This document shows, one piece after another, positions 1 through 8,821 of a DNA stretch of 32,000 nucleotides (the stretch's first letter is position 1; each line of letters opens with the position of its first letter). The notes under the pieces are model-generated. The model made no database searches and was not told the DNA's origin. It saw only the letters and a list, made by a program, of their open reading frames with translations. The DNA is from Candidatus Heimdallarchaeota archaeon B3_Heim. Lineage in GTDB: Archaea; Asgardarchaeota; Heimdallarchaeia; Hodarchaeales; Hodarchaeaceae. Position numbers and translations under genes: made by a program. The DNA lies in the NCBI GenBank assembly GCA_003144275.1, contig NJBF01000028.1, positions 1 through 32,000 of the forward strand, read 5' to 3'.

Positions 1-188
1 TAAATACCAATAGTGACGCTATAGAACAAGAAAATTAAAAAAATCAACAACTGCCCAAACCAATATACAGTATTTAGCTTATTGAGAGATCCTTTTTTCT
101 TGGAAGATTTTATTCTAGTGATATCTTCTTGATCTAAACCAACTGACTTGGCCAGAGAGTCAAATTTGGTGTCCTCTAATTCCCTCAC
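1..188 (-). CDS. Small membrane protein, paralog of 210..623; 3' end runs off the window (not in the ORF track)
   Basis: GTG at 188 preceded by AGAGGA. The frame is open for 62 codons to the edge: MRELEDTKFDSLAKSVGLDQEDITRIKSSKKKGSLNKLNTVYWFGQLLIFLIFLFYSVTIGI. It shares A-x2-VGL-x3-DI-x2-I-x3-KK-x3-L with the neighbouring ORF, followed by a hydrophobic helix. Confidence 0.8.
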   Translation of the reverse strand, partial: MRELEDTKFDSLAKSVGLDQEDITRIKSSKKKGSLNKLNTVYWFGQLLIFLIFLFYSVTIGI

Positions 189-209
189 GATCCTCTCATT
201 GTATTATTG

Positions 210-623
210 TTAATCATAAGAATAAACCCCATATTTCACTGGTGGACCCTCAGAAGGTGCAGAGGTAAAATTGAAAAGTTGTCCAGCAACATTGCCAATA
301 ATAAAACCAATGATAAAAACAAAAAGCGTAACAGTGATTAATCTAAGTAAGGATTTTCTTTTAACTAATTCCGAAAGAACAGAAAAATTACCAAAGAGGA
401 TAGTTGGTCCAAATGGATAATTACTATCTACATCTATTACTTTAATTGGAACTAGAGCATATCCAATCAAAAATGATGATACGCCGATGATCGATTCAAC
501 AAATAGAAATATAGAATTGGATAATTTTTTCCTTTTTTTAGCGTTCTGAATTGTATTAATATCACTAGCAGTCAAGCCAACCTTATCTGCGATTTTAAGA
601 ACATCAGAATCAGATTTGGTCAT
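210..623 (-). CDS. Small membrane protein with a C-terminal KYG motif; candidate radical-SAM (splicease) substrate/precursor
   Basis: 137 aa with a conserved N-terminal leader, KKRKK, 2-3 hydrophobic segments and tail SAPSEGPPVKYGVYSYD (KYG codons at 228..236). Divergent from the rSAM gene. Confidence 0.75.
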   Translation of the reverse strand: MTKSDSDVLKIADKVGLTASDINTIQNAKKRKKLSNSIFLFVESIIGVSSFLIGYALVPIKVIDVDSNYPFGPTILFGNFSVLSELVKRKSLLRLITVTLFVFIIGFIIGNVAGQLFNFTSAPSEGPPVKYGVYSYD

Positions 624-801
624 AAAATCAACCAGAGACGTTTTAATAGAACTCTTGTATTTAAATTTAATTCCATAAAGTAAGGATTACTCCTTAAATC
701 CTCTAATCTAATAGGAAGATGATTTATAAAATTATGCAGAAATGCAAACCTAGATCATTCAAGTATCAAATTAAAAACGAACTTGTCAAGTTCAAGGAGA
801 A

Positions 802-1821
802 ATGAAGCTGCAATCACTTGAATGTGCAGTGTGGGAAATAACACTAGGTTGTAATCTGAAATGTTCTCACTGCGGATCCTCTGCAGGAAAAAAACGGGAA
901 AATGAACTTACAACGCTTGAAAGTATTGAAATCTGTGAACAATTAGCCGATTTGAACTGTGCTAATGTTGCACTGATGGGAGGCGAACCTTTCTTAAAAA
1001 AAGGTTGGGAAAAGATTGCCCAATGTATAGTAGATCTAGGGATGAAATTAAATATCGTATCCAATGGATTCATACTAGACCAACACCTAGAAGAATTGAT
1101 TAGATTGCAACCAACAGTAGTAGGTATAAGTCTAGATGGATTACGAAAAACTCATGATGCAATACGAGGAATGAAGGGATCATTTGATCAGGTAGTAAAC
1201 GCCATAAATCTACTAAGAAAAAATAATATCCAAACAACTGTTATATCAACAGTTAGCAAAATTAATTTTGAAGAACTTTCTAAAATACAGAAGTTCATAT
1301 TTAACAAGGGAATAAATTGGCAAATTCAGATAGCAGCTCCATTTGGAAATTTTACAAAGGAAGACATGCTTTCTTATGAAGAATTTTATGCAGTAGGCTT
1401 ATTGATAGCTGCATGGAGAGCAAAACATCATTTTCAAAATATGCCAGTAATAGGAGCCCATTGCATGGGGTACCACTCAGAAATCATGGAGAATTTTGTC
1501 TGGGATGGCTGTACAGCGGGAAGAACAACAATTGGGATTACTTGTGAAGGAAATGTAGTAGGCTGTTTAGCAATGGGAAATGATCGACTAATTGAAGGAA
1601 ATCTTCGTGAACAGAGTTTAGAAGCAATATGGAATAACAGAGATGCATTTTCCTATAATAGAAAGTTTTCAAGTAAAAAATTGGGAGATTACTGTACGAA
1701 CTGTGAGTTTGGAGAAAACTGTAAGGGAGGATGTAATTCCATGTCGTTAAGTACAACAAATAAATTCCATAATGATCCATTTTGCTTTCATAGAATTGAA
1801 AGAGAGATCATCAAGAAGTAA
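802..1821 (+). CDS. Radical SAM/SPASM peptide-modifying enzyme, splicease-like (resembles the Y_X(10)_GDL-associated/PlpX group)
   Basis: VWEITLGCNLKCSHCGSSAG (CxxxCxxC), GGEPFL, SLDG, WQIQIAAPFGN. SPASM cysteines: GCTAG..GC, CTNCEFGENCKGGC, NDPFCFHR. rSAM/SPASM is certain; the subfamily is recalled from motifs. Confidence 0.9.
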   Translation: MKLQSLECAVWEITLGCNLKCSHCGSSAGKKRENELTTLESIEICEQLADLNCANVALMGGEPFLKKGWEKIAQCIVDLGMKLNIVSNGFILDQHLEELIRLQPTVVGISLDGLRKTHDAIRGMKGSFDQVVNAINLLRKNNIQTTVISTVSKINFEELSKIQKFIFNKGINWQIQIAAPFGNFTKEDMLSYEEFYAVGLLIAAWRAKHHFQNMPVIGAHCMGYHSEIMENFVWDGCTAGRTTIGITCEGNVVGCLAMGNDRLIEGNLREQSLEAIWNNRDAFSYNRKFSSKKLGDYCTNCEFGENCKGGCNSMSLSTTNKFHNDPFCFHRIEREIIKK

Positions 1822-1835
1822 AGGTATGCCGACAG

Positions 1836-3152
1836 ATGAGTAATGAAAAAATCATCAATAAAATTAACTTACATGTAGGGTGTGGAGAAAATTATTATCC
1901 AGAATACCTAAATATAGACATCAATGAAAAATCAATAGCTGACATAATTGCTCATGCCATTTGCCTGCCAATAAAGGAAGAGAGTATCGTTTCAATAAAA
2001 GCATACCATGTGATAGAGCATTTTGATTGGGTAGACATACATTTTTTACTCAATGAGTGGTATAGAGTATTGATAAGGGGTGGAGAAGTAACCATAGAAG
2101 TACCCGATATAGAAAAGGGGATAAAAGAACTAAAAAGAAAGAAAACGTTAAAAGAGCAAGTAAAAAGCATTCAATGGATGTTTGGAATAGATACCCCAGG
2201 AATGCAGCATAAATCAGGAACCGCCTTTGAAGTAATCAGGAATATACTACACGAATTAGGGTATGAAAATATCACGAGAAAAAAACCAAAAACCCATTTA
2301 TATGGGGAAGGATTGAGAATGAGTTGTAATAAACCAGAGGGAGAGAGTCTAGAAAAAATAACAAGTAAAAGCAGCTATAGGACTAGAGTTTACAAATATC
2401 TGTCAGCTAATCCCTCAACAGAAAAGACTCTTTTAGAATTAAATCATTTGAACAAAATTTATGAGATGTTAGGATCTTTAGATAAGATAATAGAGGAAAA
2501 ACAACAAATAGATACAATTCTGGATTTAACAATAGCTAATCCAACCTTGGCACTAGAACTACTAGATGTATTAACAGAAGAAGACATTACAACTTCGGTA
2601 ACAAGTAAAAAATGTAAAGATTTACTAAAATATCTAGAGAAAATATCATTTCAAAAGAAAATAATCACCTTATGGAAAAAAAGACGAAAAACCCCAGGAA
2701 AATTCAATGAGGAGTTTCATCGATTCATTCAAGAAATCAAAATTAAATTATTTAGTAGTTTACGGAATAGCAATAGTATTGAGAAAAATTTCTCTTATTT
2801 ATCGAAATTAGAAGACGGAAATCTGCTCTTTTTTGATAAATACTTCATCTTACACAATGCGATGGTAAATTTCAACTTAGGCCTACGCTATTTTTACAGA
2901 GAGGAGTACACCAAAGCTTTAAACACCTTGCAAGAGAGTTTGCGATATTGTAAGGACAATTTTCTAGTGTACTGGAATATAGCAAGACTACTAGCTCTAA
3001 GAGATGATACTCAAGTAGAACAGTATTATAAAACTGCATATGATTTAATACAAGATAAAAACAGGAAAATAACCCTAAAGAAGGAAATGAAAGAGGTTGT
3101 AGTGGAGAAGAATGATTTAGAGTATAGAAACCCATATTCGATAACTGATTAG
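1836..3152 (+). CDS. Class I SAM-dependent methyltransferase domain fused to a helical/TPR-like C-terminus
   Basis: LHVGCGENYYPEYLNIDI, LPIKEESI, HVIEHF and LIRGG motifs. C-terminal TPR-like helices (FNLGLRYFYREEYTKALNTLQESL...YWNIARL). Starts 14 bp after the rSAM stop. Confidence 0.8.
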   Translation: MSNEKIINKINLHVGCGENYYPEYLNIDINEKSIADIIAHAICLPIKEESIVSIKAYHVIEHFDWVDIHFLLNEWYRVLIRGGEVTIEVPDIEKGIKELKRKKTLKEQVKSIQWMFGIDTPGMQHKSGTAFEVIRNILHELGYENITRKKPKTHLYGEGLRMSCNKPEGESLEKITSKSSYRTRVYKYLSANPSTEKTLLELNHLNKIYEMLGSLDKIIEEKQQIDTILDLTIANPTLALELLDVLTEEDITTSVTSKKCKDLLKYLEKISFQKKIITLWKKRRKTPGKFNEEFHRFIQEIKIKLFSSLRNSNSIEKNFSYLSKLEDGNLLFFDKYFILHNAMVNFNLGLRYFYREEYTKALNTLQESLRYCKDNFLVYWNIARLLALRDDTQVEQYYKTAYDLIQDKNRKITLKKEMKEVVVEKNDLEYRNPYSITD

Positions 3153-3161
3153 AAAATTACC

Positions 3162-3213
3162 TATGTAGAGCAGTGATCTATCAAGATCAACTAAACCCCC
3201 AACACTCTACATA
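3162..3213. other. Inverted repeat / two-stem hairpin just after the methyltransferase stop (possible terminator or boundary element)
   Basis: Perfect 9-bp arms TATGTAGAG (3162-3170) and CTCTACATA (3205-3213), with an inner stem TGATCT/AGATCA (3174-3179/3184-3189). Confidence 0.4.
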
Positions 3214-3343
3214 TCGCTCATCTCGAGGAAAGAAGGAAGTAGTAAGGAATAAAACTCCAAGACATGTTATTTGAGGAATTATTTAGGGGGAAGGAATTTT
3301 TTTTATTTTGAACTTCTGAATTAACTTCTATGGATTCGGACTC

Positions 3344-5608
3344 TTGGATCAGTTTCTCCTTTTTCTAAATGATTTTCATGAGCAAATAAAGCCTCTCGCA
3401 ATCAGGCCTAAGAAGCAGAATCCGAGGTCAGAATCGCGAATGGTCGATGTGCCAAAAGTCTTTTATTTTAAGCATATCCCATTAAACGTCGATAAAAAAA
3501 GTATCAAGGTCTTCCTCCACTCCAAAGATACTTTTTCATTGGAATACAGTATTTTTGAACCGAAAACGGTGCATGTGACTATGGCGCCTGTCTGTGGCCG
3601 TTGGTTTCGGCAAAAAAAGACCGACCGAGCCTTGGCCTCCATTCAGCAATTTGCCTCCACTATGGGCTTACATTCTGATTTTCATCAATTCAAACCTTCA
3701 CCGATTCATCGGCTCCTGAAAATGTTCCGTCCTTCCTTTCATTTATATGCCGATGATCCCACCAGTCCCAGTTTTTCCTCGGGTGGAATCTTAGCAGTTA
3801 CAGGGGATAAAGCACCGCCTTTGACAAGTGTGGAGAACTTCATTGATGATTTATTAGAAATTCTTACAGATTTTCCGACCTTTGCGTTGGTGCAACTGGT
3901 TTTCAAACCGATAGGTATTCCTCGGAAATTTCGCTTAGATGAGGAAGGCCAAGAGCGGCAAAAAACCCAGCTACGTTTTGATATTCAACAGGGCCAAGTC
4001 CAGCAACGGTTTACCTCGTCGATTAGTACAATTATGGAGGAAGCGGGGTGTTTTCATTTCTCACCGAGGGTGTTGATTGTCGAAACCAATCCTGACACGT
4101 TAAAAACCAAACTCAATCGAATCTCAGCATTATTTCGTTCGCATGGTTTGAAAGTACGGAAATATCCCTCTTTCTGGCGTCGTTTTCGGTCATTTATGGC
4201 TCAATGTCAATCCCATAAACTCGCTTCACCCATTGTATTGGATGGATATTCCCTTATGGGGTTTATTTCTCCTCCCAAACGTCAATTTGCCAGTGTGGGC
4301 TATTCTTTGGTGCCTCATAAAGAGGACTATCTTCTTTCCTCAGGGATCGATCGACATTCGGATCCCTCTGCGATTAATGTCGGGATTCCGATTATTAGTG
4401 GGCGTACTGTTGATGATCCGCTATTGATTCGTGGTCAGGACTTCAATCGGCATATGGCTGTCTTCGGTATGACGGGTGAGGGGAAAAGTCGTTTTATCTA
4501 TGGTCTCATTGCTGAATTTTATCGTCAGCAGGTGAAGTTTGTCATTTTTGATCCCAAAGGGGAATATCTTCATCCTGTGCGGTCATTTTGTCAAGATGTC
4601 ATCTATCTTAAACCGGGTTCGCAGGATCTTCCCTGGGGCATTAACATTTTTCACATTCCTCGGAATGCCTCGGGGGACTTTCTCATTCCTCTCGAAGACC
4701 ATATTCAATTTATCATGTCCCTTCTTGAACATATCTTTGATGAATCAGATGCTTTATCCCCTCAAATGCGTCGCTTATTGCATCTCGCGATTATTCAGAC
4801 TGTCAAGGAACAGGGTGATTTTCGTCGTTTCCTGTACTGGCTTGACAATCCTGGGCAACTCGGCATTAAGGGCAGTTATCTTGAAAATACGGCTGCAGGC
4901 ATTCTTAATCGGATCGAGAAACTTTTCTTTGGGAATACGGGCCGCTGCTTTACTGTCTCGCAGACCACCTTTGAAATTGCCTCGTTACTCGACCAGAATG
5001 CCATTATTGATCTATCTGCCTTTGAAGTCATGGAGGACCGATCGGGGCGACAAATGTTTCTGGAGGTCATCTTTCAGTATCTGTATTATTTTGCCCGAAG
5101 TTTTCGTCCTCCCTTTAAAGAAGAAGGTCTGCCTCAGAATATTTTTATCTTGGATGAAATTCAGAAGATTCTCACTCCCCAGAAATCCCGTTTTAAAGCC
5201 TCTGAGTCGATTATTAGTAAAGGTCCCTGGACCTTACGCTCGTATGATATTTCTATGATTTTCATTGGTACCGATCCTGTCATTGATCAACCCATTCTCA
5301 CCAATATGGGTATTTTTTCCATCTTTTATTCCAAATACGACCCCTATGCCATTGCTACCTTGCTTGGTATTCCCAAAACTGATTACGAACAGCTTCGTAC
5401 GCTCTTGAAGGTCAATCCTGATACACGCAATTGCTTGATCTCGGTCAATGCGCAGCTGTCGTTATTACGGACGAATGAGTTTCCTTTGGACTTATCTGCT
5501 CCTTTTGATCTTTCTGCTCTTCAAGCTCTCCCCCGTCAACGACAACTGCAGGAATCCTACGCAAAGTATGCCTTTGACCCCATTGATGAAATTATTTCAC
5601 AGAACTAA
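3344..5608 (+). CDS. HerA/FtsK/VirB4-superfamily P-loop ATPase (DUF87-like) with an uncharacterised N-terminal region
   Basis: RHMAVFGMTGEGKS (Walker A), VIFDPKGEY, IFILDEIQK (Walker B), LRSY (Arg-finger region). TTG start. Confidence 0.85.
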   Translation: MDQFLLFLNDFHEQIKPLAIRPKKQNPRSESRMVDVPKVFYFKHIPLNVDKKSIKVFLHSKDTFSLEYSIFEPKTVHVTMAPVCGRWFRQKKTDRALASIQQFASTMGLHSDFHQFKPSPIHRLLKMFRPSFHLYADDPTSPSFSSGGILAVTGDKAPPLTSVENFIDDLLEILTDFPTFALVQLVFKPIGIPRKFRLDEEGQERQKTQLRFDIQQGQVQQRFTSSISTIMEEAGCFHFSPRVLIVETNPDTLKTKLNRISALFRSHGLKVRKYPSFWRRFRSFMAQCQSHKLASPIVLDGYSLMGFISPPKRQFASVGYSLVPHKEDYLLSSGIDRHSDPSAINVGIPIISGRTVDDPLLIRGQDFNRHMAVFGMTGEGKSRFIYGLIAEFYRQQVKFVIFDPKGEYLHPVRSFCQDVIYLKPGSQDLPWGINIFHIPRNASGDFLIPLEDHIQFIMSLLEHIFDESDALSPQMRRLLHLAIIQTVKEQGDFRRFLYWLDNPGQLGIKGSYLENTAAGILNRIEKLFFGNTGRCFTVSQTTFEIASLLDQNAIIDLSAFEVMEDRSGRQMFLEVIFQYLYYFARSFRPPFKEEGLPQNIFILDEIQKILTPQKSRFKASESIISKGPWTLRSYDISMIFIGTDPVIDQPILTNMGIFSIFYSKYDPYAIATLLGIPKTDYEQLRTLLKVNPDTRNCLISVNAQLSLLRTNEFPLDLSAPFDLSALQALPRQRQLQESYAKYAFDPIDEIISQN

Positions 5609-5803
5609 GGAATAATTCCGATCAAAATTAGTCTCCTTTTTTTTCTTATCTTGTTAAAAAACACCAGTAAATCTTCTTATTCTCTCTTTTGCTCTTTATT
5701 CTTCTTCTTCTGGTGTTTTATTCGTCAAAGGATAAAAATTCACTTTAAGAATTTTGTAAAATCTTCTCCATTCCTATAAATAATATTTATAAGTCTTATT
5801 TAT

Positions 5804-7222
5804 CTCGAATGATGAGTAAGTCACCATCGGGGAGTAATGACGGAGCTGACCCATAAGCATTTAACTTCTGAGCCAAATGTTTTTCTATGATAGCGAATCA
5901 AGAAATACACTCGTTAGAAAACGGACTCCGTCACTATCCCTCACGGACAGTCCAAGTTTTTAAAACTACCCATCTGACCCGTATTCTCAGAAAACACATT
6001 CACGAGACAGATGCCGACAAAAATCGGAAAGAATTTAGCTGCGAACAGTGGATTAAAGGTCTTTCCTTGATGCAGATTCAGAAATTCGAAGCGGTACGAC
6101 CCTTTGTGCGACAGCTAGAGCAAAATAGATCCTGGCAAGCTATTTGTGGTTATCAAGGAAACGTACCCACTCAAGGACAGTATTCCCGAAAAATTCTTGA
6201 TAAAAGGATTCAGGAGGTGTTAGTACGTACGTTTCAGACCTATCAACACTTAATTCCTTTGACACAAGGGAAATTACCCAATACTCCTTCAAGTGCTCAA
6301 TTTACTCTCCTTCAACAAGGTTATTATCCATTTCGGATAGATTGTACCAGTTTAAAGTTGTCTCCAGATCGGTATCCCTATGTCACATGGGGGTATGTTG
6401 CCAGTAAGAAACAGACCTTCCCTAGTGCGCGAATACACACAGTTCAGGAAGGAATCCACGGATTCATTGCTAATTACGGACCATCGGGAGGTCATGAACA
6501 CGAATCTCCCGTAGCTGAAGTACTATTGAATGAAACCGAAGAAATCAATAGTTGGTTGTCCGCAAATTCCATTATAGATCAACCACGACCATATATAATA
6601 TTTGATCGGGGATACTGGAAATTAGATCGTTTTCAAGATTTAGATACTCGTGGATGGGGGTGGAGTATTCCTTGGAAGAAACGAACTCTAATTGGAGTTC
6701 AAATGGAAATAATAAAGTTTCCTCAAGCTGAGAATAGCCCTTTGGAAATTCTGGTCTGGGGATCAAAAACAGAAAAACCATGGCGTCGTATTATTGGTAA
6801 GCTGGATTCATCCAACGATAGTTTTTGGAACGTACTTACCAATAATTTATCTCTACCTCCCTTAACGGTGCTTCAACTCCAAAAGGAACGCTGGGAGATC
6901 GAAACCTTGTTTCAATGGATTAAACAACACACCACAATTAAACGTCCATTGGGGAAATCTTGGATGAGTTTTGTCACCCATTGCTTGTTAGTAACTTTAT
7001 TACAAATCATCCTCTTTTATTATCTTCTCCTTCTCGGTTTTACTCGTTGGCAAGATCAGTTAACATCATTACTTGAAAATTTACGTTATTCGGACTTGGA
7101 ACCGTGGCCTAACTCTTACTTGATAGCGGAAAGGTTATTTTAAAGGTCAGGTGATAAAAATGTGATGAACTAATCCATTAGACTTAAAAAGGCCAGTGAA
7201 TTGAAGTTACTCATCGATCGAG
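5804..7222 (+). mobile_element. IS4-family insertion sequence (~1.42 kb)
   Basis: A transposase flanked by imperfect 16-bp inverted repeats: CTCGAATGATGAGTAA (5804-5819) and TTACTCATCGATCGAG (7207-7222), 14/16 match. No clear target-site duplication. Confidence 0.75.
5887..7143 (+). CDS. IS4-family DDE transposase
   Basis: RIDCT (D), IFDRGYW (D) and ERWEIETLFQWIKQ (E in the R-W-x-I-E-x2-F-x3-KQ signature); 418 aa, intact. Confidence 0.9.
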   Translation: MIANQEIHSLENGLRHYPSRTVQVFKTTHLTRILRKHIHETDADKNRKEFSCEQWIKGLSLMQIQKFEAVRPFVRQLEQNRSWQAICGYQGNVPTQGQYSRKILDKRIQEVLVRTFQTYQHLIPLTQGKLPNTPSSAQFTLLQQGYYPFRIDCTSLKLSPDRYPYVTWGYVASKKQTFPSARIHTVQEGIHGFIANYGPSGGHEHESPVAEVLLNETEEINSWLSANSIIDQPRPYIIFDRGYWKLDRFQDLDTRGWGWSIPWKKRTLIGVQMEIIKFPQAENSPLEILVWGSKTEKPWRRIIGKLDSSNDSFWNVLTNNLSLPPLTVLQLQKERWEIETLFQWIKQHTTIKRPLGKSWMSFVTHCLLVTLLQIILFYYLLLLGFTRWQDQLTSLLENLRYSDLEPWPNSYLIAERLF

Positions 7223-7417
7223 TTTTATATTATTTTTTTATGATATAAAATAACAATTTATTAGCTTGTTAGAAGAAAATGACAATTTATGGTTCCATTT
7301 CACTCAATTAGGTCACTCATTTTTTAAAAATGTCTTTAGGATCTCCTGAAAAAGAAGAGTAATCTTAAAAAGTTATTAATTCGGGAAACTTTTCTATAAC
7401 AACTAGGAGTAAGTTCT

Positions 7418-8821
7418 TTGTTATTTATTATCGATCAGAATGGTGTATCGCATACCATTCCTTTAGTAGATTTTCACACCCATATTGGGCGAGTAAAGAT
7501 AGCTACGACAAAAGGCTCTTCACAACGAATTAATCAACCTCAGGATATCTTGAATCTATACGCAAAACTACAGTATGAGTTAGTTGAAAGAATAAATAAG
7601 AAACCTGATCAATATTGGGTAACTCTCCCCAAGGTTGAAGAATTTGCCCAGCCACTCTTCCCATCAGTAAAAACCATATATTCTGTGAACGAAACAAAAA
7701 CAAGAGGCTGGTTAGTAGATAAAATTGTGACTTTTCCTTTCAATGACATCTTTCACACTCAAACACAGCCAAAATTCATTAAAAGTAATCGTTATGTTCG
7801 TCATCAAGTTCATACCTTCGATAATTGTTTTCGATTTACCCCGTTTTGTCGTGTTGATCCCACTGATTCTGAATCAGACCAAGAAGTCTTAGATTCTATT
7901 GAACAAGGAATGAATGGCCTTAAATTACATCCTCTTTCTCAGGGCTGGATTAAGGATATAGTATCTCCTGAAACAAAACAAATCTTGAATGAAGCAGGAG
8001 ATTTGAGGATTCCAGTTATATTCGATGTACCTAATAAAGGAGTTGCCGCTGATATTACAGAAATTACACAGGAAGCAAGAAATGAACAAGAAAATCCAGT
8101 TAATGTTGTATTGGGACATTCTGGATTTGATTATGATTCACCAGAAATTTTCGAATGTCTTGCTGAAGATGGAATGTATGCTGAAACTAGTGGTATGAGA
8201 GGTAAAGATGTAGAAATTTTCTTTGATAATTTAATTAAGTTAGTTCCTAACTGGGAGAATAAAATTGTCTTTGGAACCGATCACAATTATTTCAGCGTGC
8301 TTCAAGCTGCTGATATAATTACCTATTTATTCTCAAACACTTTTCTTAATCTATTAAATGAACAGGAGCAATCAGTAGATCCTATATGTGCGATTTCAAA
8401 CATTCTAGGGGGGAACGCACTAAATCTTATACCTATTTCTTGGAATACAATGGAGGGAAAAACTAAATCAAGAAAATATAGGATAAAATTAGGTGATTTC
8501 CAGAAAATCATCAAGAAATTCATTTCAAATAAAGGCAAATTTATCAAAATTGATCTGGGGGAGAATGTGAAGAGAAATCAGATTCTACAAATTATAACGT
8601 TCGGTGAGAAGGAAGCACGATTAACTTACTCTCTTCAAGAAATAGCTTCAGGGGAAGAGGTAATTTTAAGATCAATTACCCAAGAAATTCAAAAAGTGGA
8701 ATTCTCGTGTACAATGACTCCTCTACAGATCGAGAAGATCACAAAGCCAACGAGAGGGGATAAAAAGATTAAAGAAGAGAAGTTTAAAGAATTACTATTT
8801 GAGGGAACTTCCCAGGATTGA
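7418..8821 (+). CDS. Amidohydrolase-superfamily metallohydrolase (TIM barrel) with an extra C-terminal domain
   Basis: DFHTHIG (HxH), GLKLHP, VLGHSG and FGTDH metal-ligand motifs. The stop overlaps the next gene's TTG start. Confidence 0.85.
   Translation: MLFIIDQNGVSHTIPLVDFHTHIGRVKIATTKGSSQRINQPQDILNLYAKLQYELVERINKKPDQYWVTLPKVEEFAQPLFPSVKTIYSVNETKTRGWLVDKIVTFPFNDIFHTQTQPKFIKSNRYVRHQVHTFDNCFRFTPFCRVDPTDSESDQEVLDSIEQGMNGLKLHPLSQGWIKDIVSPETKQILNEAGDLRIPVIFDVPNKGVAADITEITQEARNEQENPVNVVLGHSGFDYDSPEIFECLAEDGMYAETSGMRGKDVEIFFDNLIKLVPNWENKIVFGTDHNYFSVLQAADIITYLFSNTFLNLLNEQEQSVDPICAISNILGGNALNLIPISWNTMEGKTKSRKYRIKLGDFQKIIKKFISNKGKFIKIDLGENVKRNQILQIITFGEKEARLTYSLQEIASGEEVILRSITQEIQKVEFSCTMTPLQIEKITKPTRGDKKIKEEKFKELLFEGTSQD

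Noticed and set aside
3225-3232. GAGGAAAG, like RNase P RNA CR-I
   Set aside because: It is not followed by UCC, and none of the other conserved regions or P4 pairing is present.
4539-5258. 239-aa alternative-frame ORF inside the ATPase
   Set aside because: It has no recognisable motif and is fully nested in a well-supported gene; a probable shadow ORF.
5809-5849. C/D-box-like motifs ATGATGA...ATGACGGA..CTGA
   Set aside because: There is no proper D' box or second guide spacing, and the C-like box is part of the IS4 terminal repeat.
3215-7222. Composite transposon spanning the ATPase and IS4, using CTCATCTCGAG at ~3217-3227 as an outer end
   Set aside because: The similarity to the TIR is weak and in the wrong orientation for a left end.
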